The notes under the pieces are model-generated. The model was not told the DNA's origin, searched no databases, and saw nothing but the letters and a program-made list of their open reading frames with translations. Below are positions 56,945-64,000 of a stretch of DNA of 64,000 nucleotides, piece after piece. A program made the position numbers and the translations under genes. The stretch's first letter is position 1. Each line of letters opens with the position of its first letter. This DNA comes from Pseudomonadota bacterium (lineage in GTDB: Bacteria; Bdellovibrionota; Bdellovibrionia; Bdellovibrionales; Bdellovibrionaceae), in NCBI GenBank assembly GCA_041178425.1, contig JBEGVH010000010.1, forward strand, positions 143,652-207,651. The letters are read 5' to 3'.

Positions 56945-59130
56945 AGGTAAAAACAAAAACATTCCGTATCGAGGGAATGAGTTGCGCCTCCTGTGTGAGA
57001 AGAGTGGAAGAAACTCTTTCTAAACAAAAGGGAATCCAATCGGCATCAGTGAACCTTGCCTCAGAGACGGCCAATATAATATACGACAGTGAATCAATCT
57101 CCCCCGAATCCCTCCAAAAGAGTATTGCTCAAATTGGCTATCGCCTGATCGATAGAGAGGCTACTCAAAGCCAAGAAACCCTTTGGATGCGTTATCGCGA
57201 TGTCAGTCTTTTGATTATCTCAGTAGTGCTTACCGCGCCTCTCGTGTTGCCCATGGTGGCCGACGCATTTTCGATTTCGTGGAAAATGACTCCACTTGCT
57301 CAGCTGTTTTTAACTATTCCTGTACAATTTTTTATTGGTTGGCGCTTTTACAACCAAGCATGGAGAGCCATTAGGAATGGCAGCCTTAATATGGACGTTC
57401 TCGTTGCAGTAGGCACAAGCTCTGCTTTTTTATTGAGTTGCTACCTAGGATTCTTTACTGCAAAAACAGATCACCCACATCTTTACTTTGAGAGTGCTGC
57501 CGTCATTATCACGCTTGTTCTGTTTGGAAAATACCTCGAAAAGCGGGCTAAACAAAAAACGACGGAATCACTCCGTGCCCTTGATGCTCTTCGCTCAGAA
57601 TTTGCCACCCTCATTAAGAATGGCCAAGAAAAACGTGTTCCCATTTTTAAAGTTCTAAAAGGTGATCATGTTTTAATTCGTCCAGGTGAACGAGTTCCCA
57701 TCGATGGTAAGATTCTCGCGGGCATAACCACAATTGATGAAAGCCTCATCACTGGAGAGAGTCTTCCGGTTTTTAAAGATCCCAATCAAACCGTGGTTTC
57801 TGGTGCTCTCAATCTCGAAGGAGTTATCACCATTGAAGCTCTTTCAATCGAATCTGAGTCCATGTTGTCACAAATTATTCGTCTCATGGAAGATGCCCAT
57901 CAAAAGAAAGCCCCTATCGAAAAACTTGTTGATCGAGTCAGTGAGGTTTTTGTTCCTTCGGTCATCATTATTGCCTTAATGACTCTCGTGGCATGGAAGG
58001 CCGTAGGAGCCAGTTGGGAATATTCACTGATCAATGCCATTTCAGTTTTAGTGATTGCTTGTCCCTGCGCCCTGGGCCTTGCAACGCCTACCGCACTGAT
58101 GGTTGGCCGCGGCTGGGCGGCTCGAAGAGGAATTCTTATCAAGGATGCTGAATCCCTTGAAAAAGCTCATGGCTTGAGAGCCGTGATCTTTGATAAAACT
58201 GGCACCCTCACTGAAGGGAATCCTGAAATCGTTGAAACTACCATCGCTCCCAGTGCAGACATCGACGAAAGAGCGTTGCTTGAATTGGCCTATAGCTTAC
58301 AAAAAAATAACACGCACCCACTCGCTAAAGCCGTCGCTAAAAAAGCGACGGCTTCTCAATTGAACACCGAAGAAATACTAGAGGCTCGCCTGTTGCCAGG
58401 GAAAGGCAGCGAAGGGATTCGTAGAAAGGGAGGCCTAGTTCATATTGGTAGCCGTGCGTGGATGCATGAGCTCGGCTACGACACATCTGAACTCGATGGC
58501 CCCTACCAATTAACACTCCTAAAAGGTTTTAGCTCGGCTTGGATCGGTGATGGCACTAAAAGGAAAATTCTCGGCTACCACGCTTTTTCAGACCAACTAA
58601 GAGAAAAATCCGCCTTGGCCATTGAGTCTCTCCATCAAGAAGGCCTGCAAACCATTATGCTCAGTGGCGATAAAAGAGAAGCCGCCGAAGCGGTAGGTGC
58701 GCAATTAAAGATTGATTATGTGATCAGTGAAGTTTTGCCCAAAGATAAACTCGCAAAACTTCTAGAGCTAAGAGACCGCTGGGGATCCGTCGCCATGGTG
58801 GGCGACGGAATCAATGATGCTCCCGCTCTCGCTGCCGCTGATCTGGGTATTGCCATGGGAGGCGGTACCGACGTTGCTATTGGTGCGGCGGCGATAACAT
58901 TACTTAATAATAATCCGTATCAGGTGGTCGAGGCGATTGAAATCTCAAGGGCAACTTATAAGAAAATAAAACAAAACTTATTTTGGGCTTTTATTTACAA
59001 TGTTATCGGCATTCCCTTGGCAAGCCTTGGGCTTTTAAACCCAATGCTAGCTGCCGCCGCCATGGCCTTCTCTTCCGTCAGCGTCATTAGTAATTCGCTT
59101 CTGTTGGGGACCCATAAGGAGAAAGCTTAA
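56941..59130 (+). CDS. copA: Cu(+)-translocating P1B-type ATPase
   Basis: GMSCASC HMA domain, TGES, CPCALG, DKTGT, GDGIND, YN and M..SS motifs. Confidence 0.93.
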   Translation: MKVKTKTFRIEGMSCASCVRRVEETLSKQKGIQSASVNLASETANIIYDSESISPESLQKSIAQIGYRLIDREATQSQETLWMRYRDVSLLIISVVLTAPLVLPMVADAFSISWKMTPLAQLFLTIPVQFFIGWRFYNQAWRAIRNGSLNMDVLVAVGTSSAFLLSCYLGFFTAKTDHPHLYFESAAVIITLVLFGKYLEKRAKQKTTESLRALDALRSEFATLIKNGQEKRVPIFKVLKGDHVLIRPGERVPIDGKILAGITTIDESLITGESLPVFKDPNQTVVSGALNLEGVITIEALSIESESMLSQIIRLMEDAHQKKAPIEKLVDRVSEVFVPSVIIIALMTLVAWKAVGASWEYSLINAISVLVIACPCALGLATPTALMVGRGWAARRGILIKDAESLEKAHGLRAVIFDKTGTLTEGNPEIVETTIAPSADIDERALLELAYSLQKNNTHPLAKAVAKKATASQLNTEEILEARLLPGKGSEGIRRKGGLVHIGSRAWMHELGYDTSELDGPYQLTLLKGFSSAWIGDGTKRKILGYHAFSDQLREKSALAIESLHQEGLQTIMLSGDKREAAEAVGAQLKIDYVISEVLPKDKLAKLLELRDRWGSVAMVGDGINDAPALAAADLGIAMGGGTDVAIGAAAITLLNNNPYQVVEAIEISRATYKKIKQNLFWAFIYNVIGIPLASLGLLNPMLAAAAMAFSSVSVISNSLLLGTHKEKA

Positions 59131-59133
59131 TTT

Positions 59134-60072
59134 TCAACCCTTAAAACGAATCTCATAGCAACGATGGATTTTCTTGTCGTGGCAATCTTGGGGAATAGAA
59201 AAATCAGTGATGTCTTTTATGTTGTATGAAGTTTTCAACTGATCACTCAGCCTGAAATCTCGCTTGTTATTAGAAAAATAAAGAACACCCTTTGGATTCA
59301 ATCTCTTCATTGATTGCTTGACGATGAACTCCTGGTCACGCTCCACTTCAAAACTTGATTCCATTCGTTTGGAGTTTGAAAACGTTGGCGGATCGAGAAA
59401 AATAAAATCAAATTTTTCGCTGGCTGGGGCTTCAAGATAAGCAAGGGCATCTTCTTGAATGAAGCGATGTTTTTTCCAATCCATTTTATTGAGATCAAAA
59501 TTTTTCTTGGCCCATTCAATATAGGTGGCCGACATGTCCACGCTCGTCACATGCGCACCAGCGAGGGCCGCAAACACGCTGACCGAACCCGTGTAGCAAA
59601 ACAGGTTTAGCAGGCTGGGTGTATTGCCCGCTTGGGAGACCTGAGCCTTAACTTCTTTAAAGATTTTTTGTCGCATAGGTCGATGATCTAAAAAGAGACC
59701 CGTATCTAAATAATCATGAAGGTTTACTAGTAACCTGGCTTCGTGCTCTTGAATAACGAGAACTTCTTGGCGGCTTTCTAATCTTTCGTATTGAGCAACC
59801 CCTTCTTGGCGTTGGCGTTTCTTAATCACAATTTTTTCACGGGCAAATTGAAGTCCTTTCTCGAGAGCTTCAATAACCAGGGGCAGATGATTTTTGTCTT
59901 TGTCTTTGATTGGATCGGTTTTGTCGTACACCACAACATAATCTCGGTACACATCCACCAAAAAAGGAAACTCAGGGATGTCTTTATCGTACAACCGAAA
60001 GGCCTCAATTTTTTGACGTTGAGCCCAAGGAGCCAGTTTTTTCCAATTTTTCTGAAGCCTGTTTAAGATCAT
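59134..60072 (-). CDS. RlmK/RlmI-like SAM-dependent rRNA methyltransferase (stand-alone)
   Basis: RLYD.D.PE, YLDTGLFLDHR, LNLFCYTG and DPPTFSNSK motifs (RlmKL C-terminal half). Confidence 0.88.
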   Translation of the reverse strand: MILNRLQKNWKKLAPWAQRQKIEAFRLYDKDIPEFPFLVDVYRDYVVVYDKTDPIKDKDKNHLPLVIEALEKGLQFAREKIVIKKRQRQEGVAQYERLESRQEVLVIQEHEARLLVNLHDYLDTGLFLDHRPMRQKIFKEVKAQVSQAGNTPSLLNLFCYTGSVSVFAALAGAHVTSVDMSATYIEWAKKNFDLNKMDWKKHRFIQEDALAYLEAPASEKFDFIFLDPPTFSNSKRMESSFEVERDQEFIVKQSMKRLNPKGVLYFSNNKRDFRLSDQLKTSYNIKDITDFSIPQDCHDKKIHRCYEIRFKG

Positions 60073-60157
60073 AGCATTTTTCCTAATCGAGAGTTGGCAG
60101 ACTTGCCTTTTACAGGAACTTCTTCTGTTTGGGAAAAGAATCTCTCGAGAATCCTGG

Positions 60158-60186
60158 TTGACAGTGTTTAGATTTCACTCTAAAAA
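60158..60186 (+). promoter_or_regulatory. sigma70 promoter of tRNA-Asn
   Basis: TTGACA-N17-TAAAAA. Confidence 0.55.
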
Positions 60187-60203
60187 TAGGTTTACCTTTG
60201 AGT

Positions 60204-60279
60204 TCAGGCGTAGCTCAGTCGGTAGAGCAAGCGGCTGTTAACCGCTTGGTCGGGGGTTCGAGTCCCTCCGCCTGAGCCA
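60204..60279 (+). tRNA. tRNA-Asn(GTT)
   Basis: TCAGGCGTAGCTCAGTCGGTAGAGC...CTGTTAA...CGCCTGAGCCA. Confidence 0.96.
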
Positions 60280-60293
60280 TTTTTTTCTAAAAT

Positions 60294-60315
60294 AACCACC
60301 CAAGCGGTGGTTTTT
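60294..60315 (+). terminator. intrinsic terminator after tRNA-Asn
   Basis: AACCACC-CAAGC-GGTGGTTTTT. Confidence 0.7.
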
Positions 60316-60328
60316 GTGTTTTTGGGCT

Positions 60329-60871
60329 ATGGCTGAAATTAGACCTCTTACCTTAGACGACCTCAGTGCCTATATCGATCACCTCTCCCGACATTATGGT
60401 GAACCGGGAGCCAATGGCGAAATCGCTCAACCTCACTCAATACTGTCTTTCAATGATTGCGAGCAATACCGTTCTAAAATTGCAAACCGCTGGGGCGCCC
60501 CCAGAAAAGAAGGTGCGTGGAGCCGTACCTGGGGAGTCATCGATGGCTCACTTATTGTTGGCCACCTCGAAATCAATCACCGCGCCAATCCCCATATGGC
60601 CCATCGGGTAATTCTTGGAATGGGAATCGAGCAAAAATACAGACGCCAGGGTTTTGGAACGAAGCTCTTAGCCGAAGCCACCCATTGGATTCAATCAATG
60701 GCCTCTATTGATTGGGTCGACCTCAAGGTCTTTGCTCACAATCAAGCTGCGATTGATCTCTATCAAAAGTTTCGATTCAAAGAAATTGGCCGAATCCCCG
60801 ACCAATTAAGAATTGACGAGAAACATATTGATGAAGTGCTAATGGCGCTCGATCTTCGAATGACAAAGTAG
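60329..60871 (+). CDS. GNAT family N-acetyltransferase
   Basis: YRRQGFG acetyl-CoA motif and N..AI.LY.K..F motif. Confidence 0.88.
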   Translation: MAEIRPLTLDDLSAYIDHLSRHYGEPGANGEIAQPHSILSFNDCEQYRSKIANRWGAPRKEGAWSRTWGVIDGSLIVGHLEINHRANPHMAHRVILGMGIEQKYRRQGFGTKLLAEATHWIQSMASIDWVDLKVFAHNQAAIDLYQKFRFKEIGRIPDQLRIDEKHIDEVLMALDLRMTK

Positions 60872-60885
60872 CGCGCAACCCATCA

Positions 60886-61764
60886 TTATGAAGTAAATGC
60901 GACAAACAAGTGACGCCACTTTTCAATGACTGGCACAAACAGAAACGCGAGCATACTAAAGTTGAGCCACAGAAAAAAACCCAACCACTTTTCGCCATCG
61001 GTGCGAATGTATTTAATCAGAGTTTGAACTACGAAGATAACAAACGGTCCGATGATTGCTAGGTACATCCAGCTTGTGTGCATAAACCATGGAGCTGCCA
61101 GAGCGACAAGAACGTAGAGAATAGTGTAAACTATAATCTGACCAAAAGTTTTTTGATTACCCAAGGCTACAGGAAGGACCGGAAAATCGCCTTTGGCATA
61201 GTCGTCTTTATATTTAATGGCTAAAACCCAAAAATGAGGGATCTGCCAGAGAAATAAAATCAAAAACAAATAAATAGAATCTGTATGATACCAAGAGGGA
61301 TCATTGGCCACATAGCCAATAGTTACGGGGAGCGCCCCAGGAATCGCGCCCGGCACAGCCCCAAAAGCCCATTTTTTCTTCCAAATATAAACGTAAAAAC
61401 CGTTGTACATCGCAACGGTAAGCAAACCAAAAACAAAGGCCGCTGCAGAGGTAAGGTAAAGAAATAATCCTCCGGCTACCAAATGAATCGTTGCTATCCA
61501 AAAACCCGCCTTCGGAGAAATCTTCCCACAAGCAATAGGCCGCTTCGATGTGCGGGCCATTTTTTGATCTTGTTGCCATTCTTGCGCCTGATTGAGTGCT
61601 AAGCTTCCGGCACTTAAAAAATAGAGCCCGAAAATGAGAAAAATAAAATGAATAGGATCAAACGGTTTTTCGACAATAAAAGAGGTGGCATATCCTGCCA
61701 CCCCAGACAATAAGACAAAAATGACGATTCCTAATTTGATCAACTCCGAGTAAATCTTAAGCAT
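60886..61764 (-). CDS. ctaB: protoheme IX farnesyltransferase (heme o synthase)
   Basis: D.KM.RT..RP, GAIPGALP, WQIPHF and DDY motifs. Confidence 0.93.
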   Translation of the reverse strand: MLKIYSELIKLGIVIFVLLSGVAGYATSFIVEKPFDPIHFIFLIFGLYFLSAGSLALNQAQEWQQDQKMARTSKRPIACGKISPKAGFWIATIHLVAGGLFLYLTSAAAFVFGLLTVAMYNGFYVYIWKKKWAFGAVPGAIPGALPVTIGYVANDPSWYHTDSIYLFLILFLWQIPHFWVLAIKYKDDYAKGDFPVLPVALGNQKTFGQIIVYTILYVLVALAAPWFMHTSWMYLAIIGPFVIFVVQTLIKYIRTDGEKWLGFFLWLNFSMLAFLFVPVIEKWRHLFVAFTS

Positions 61765-61768
61765 GACC

Positions 61769-62080
61769 CTACAGTGTGCTTTGAACTGGGATTCTCGTAA
61801 AAATATCGAGAACACAGAAGATGCACAATAAAGCCACGAAGAAAAACGCTGTTCCGAAGATGATTTTATTGATCAATGTGTCGTACTTCATGTGCATGAA
61901 ATACGCCATAACCACCACAGCTTTTGTTGTAGCAATGATGAATGCTACGGGAGCCGCTAGTGCACCTAAGTGCATGTTGTGGAAAATCACCGTCAAAAAG
62001 GTCATTACTAAAAGAAACCCTAAAACAAGTGCGAATACCTTAGCTGGAACCACATGATGTGTTGAATGATTCGAATCCAC
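61769..62080 (-). CDS. cytochrome c oxidase subunit IV
   Basis: Three TM helices; KA..V..YFMH motif. Confidence 0.88.
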   Translation of the reverse strand: MDSNHSTHHVVPAKVFALVLGFLLVMTFLTVIFHNMHLGALAAPVAFIIATTKAVVVMAYFMHMKYDTLINKIIFGTAFFFVALLCIFCVLDIFTRIPVQSTL

Positions 62081-62089
62081 AGCGACCTC

Positions 62090-62746
62090 CTAGCCGATTA
62101 GATAAAGGATTGGGAAAAGGTAAATCCAAATTAAGTCAACGATGTGCCAGAAAAGCCCAACACCCTCAACCGGAGTGTAATAGTGCTCATCAAAATCACC
62201 GCGCATCGCACGGATCATTACCCACGTGATTAAGCTCATACCAATCAATACGTGAATACCGTGAAGACCAGACATCACGAAGTAAAACGAGAAGTATAAA
62301 GCCAAATTAGAGTGCTGAGCCCCTTCATATTGGAACCACTTCCCAGGGTAAATGCCCATATGAAACTTATGGGTGTACTCGAAGTACTTAATTACCATGA
62401 AGATCGCACCGCAAAGAATCGTAACCGCCAAATAAGGAACGGCCTTCTTACCCTGCTTACTTTGAAGCGACTGAATGGCCATTGCCATTGTGTAAGAGCT
62501 CAAGAGAAGAACACAGGTATTTATAAAACCCATCTTCCAATCAAGGTGGCTCGCGCCCTCGGCAAACATATCTGGGTAAAGAGCGTGGAAAATACCATAA
62601 GCAACAAAGATGGCTCCGAACATGAGAATCTCTGTTGCCATAAACAACCAGATCCCTTGTTTAGAAGCTTCATATTCATGCTCGGCGCTTTTAAAATGGT
62701 GGGCAAAGTGGTGTTTGCCCGCGTGTGCTGTATTATCTGTACTCAT
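62090..62746 (-). CDS. cytochrome c oxidase subunit III
   Basis: WLFMATE, GLHGIHV and WHIVDLIW motifs. Confidence 0.93.
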   Translation of the reverse strand: MSTDNTAHAGKHHFAHHFKSAEHEYEASKQGIWLFMATEILMFGAIFVAYGIFHALYPDMFAEGASHLDWKMGFINTCVLLLSSYTMAMAIQSLQSKQGKKAVPYLAVTILCGAIFMVIKYFEYTHKFHMGIYPGKWFQYEGAQHSNLALYFSFYFVMSGLHGIHVLIGMSLITWVMIRAMRGDFDEHYYTPVEGVGLFWHIVDLIWIYLFPILYLIG

Positions 62747-64000
62747 ATGGCCCCGCTGTGATTACTGGTTCTACGTCAAAGTTGTGATGTGGAGGAGGAG
62801 ACGGAATTGTCCACTCCAACGTTTTCGCACCCCAAGGATTGGCCGGCGCCACATCATCAGAGGTAATCGCCTTGATGATAGTGATGATACCGATCACAAA
62901 ACCAATGCCGATCATATAAGAACCCACAGTAGAAATTTTATTGAGGGTTTCGTACATTGGCAAATAGTCAAAGTAACGTCGAGGCATACCCATAGAACCC
63001 AAGATAAACTGAGGGAAGAACGTCACGTTAAATCCGACGAACGTACCCACAAACGAAATACGAGCCCAAGATTCCTCGTACATTTTACCAAACATTTTAG
63101 GAAGCCAGTAAAACAGACCACCCATTAAGGCCATCAACACCCCACCCACCATCACGTAGTGAAAGTGAGCTACGACGAAGTAGGTATCGTGAAAGTGTAC
63201 ATCAATACCAATAGTCGCAAGCATAATCCCTGTTACGCCACCGATAACAAAGAGAAACAAGAATCCAAGGGCGTATAGCATCGGCGTTGTGAACTGAATT
63301 GAGCCACGGTACATCGTTGCCACCCAGTTGAACATTTTAATAGCTGTCGGAACTCCCACGAGCATTGTTAAAACAGAGAAAACTACTCCCGCAATTTCTG
63401 ACTGACCACTCACATACATGTGGTGACCCCAAACAAAGAAGCTCACCGCAGCGATACCCAAGCTTGAGTATGCAATGGCAGTGTAACCAAAGATTGTTTT
63501 GCGAGAAAAGGTCGTGATGATTTCACTGATAATACCCATCGCAGGTAAAATCATGATGTAAACCGCTGGGTGTGAGTAGAACCAGAAAAAGTGCTGGAAC
63601 AATACCGGATCGCCACCAAGGGATGCATCAAAAATTCCGATTCCTAAAGTTCTTTCAGCCACCAGTAATAGAAGTGTAATACCCAAAACCGGCGTTGCTA
63701 AAACCTGAAGAATACTTGTTGAGTAAATCGCCCAAACAAAAAGAGGGATTCTCTTCATTGTCATACCGGGGGCACGAAGCGTGTGAACCGTAGCAATGAA
63801 GTTAAGACCCGTAAGAATCGACGACATCCCCATAATGAACGCAGCCACAACCATCGTTACCGTCGCTGTGCTCGTTTTGATACTGTAAGGAGTATAGAAC
63901 GTCCAACCCGTGTCGATCTTAGATGTGAACATGGTTGATACGGCCAAGATAGCTCCGGCCATGAATACATACCAGCTCATAAGATTAAGTCGTGGGAACG
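62733..64000 (-). CDS. cytochrome c oxidase subunit I, A2-type (5'-truncated by window edge)
   Basis: [34 protein letters not shown] and MPRR motifs. Confidence 0.96.
   Translation of the reverse strand, partial: FPRLNLMSWYVFMAGAILAVSTMFTSKIDTGWTFYTPYSIKTSTATVTMVVAAFIMGMSSILTGLNFIATVHTLRAPGMTMKRIPLFVWAIYSTSILQVLATPVLGITLLLLVAERTLGIGIFDASLGGDPVLFQHFFWFYSHPAVYIMILPAMGIISEIITTFSRKTIFGYTAIAYSSLGIAAVSFFVWGHHMYVSGQSEIAGVVFSVLTMLVGVPTAIKMFNWVATMYRGSIQFTTPMLYALGFLFLFVIGGVTGIMLATIGIDVHFHDTYFVVAHFHYVMVGGVLMALMGGLFYWLPKMFGKMYEESWARISFVGTFVGFNVTFFPQFILGSMGMPRRYFDYLPMYETLNKISTVGSYMIGIGFVIGIITIIKAITSDDVAPANPWGAKTLEWTIPSPPPHHNFDVEPVITAGPYEYR

Noticed and set aside
1..64000. CRISPR array, IS element, integrase or prophage
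   Set aside because: No spaced direct-repeat array, transposase, integrase or phage structural ORF seen; the only clear tandem repeats are coding.

Overview
Chromosomal window from a Gram-negative bacterium, most likely Bdellovibrionota (inferred from the many orphan secreted or lipoprotein genes with sigma54 boxes, a DUF4360-like protein, the RpoD sequence and an A2-type oxidase operon). Housekeeping content: rpsU-yqeY-dnaG-rpoD followed by tRNA(CAT), tadA, a transaldolase, tsaC/sua5, yajQ, gmhA, dusC, clsB, copA, an RlmK-like methyltransferase, a leucine-catabolism (liu) operon, the 3' part of a cytochrome c oxidase operon, and four tRNAs (CAT, Ser-GCT, Arg-ACG, Asn-GTT). Scavenging and secreted hydrolytic genes are interspersed. 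I saw no CRISPR array, integrase, transposase or prophage. Most notable: (i) many stand-alone genes have a sigma70 -10 box only 6-8 nt before the start codon and no Shine-Dalgarno (SD) sequence, i.e. leaderless architecture; (ii) several orphan envelope genes share GG-N10-GC sigma54 boxes; (iii) an HNH nuclease with no canonical start codon lies next to an insertion-bearing adenosine-deaminase-like gene; (iv) several uncharacterised envelope modules (barrel plus large lipoprotein, a PGGQY/Cys-repeat lipoprotein, a three-gene FN3-like operon, a REC-PilZ-like tandem protein). All calls come from reading motifs by eye; no database searches were run.
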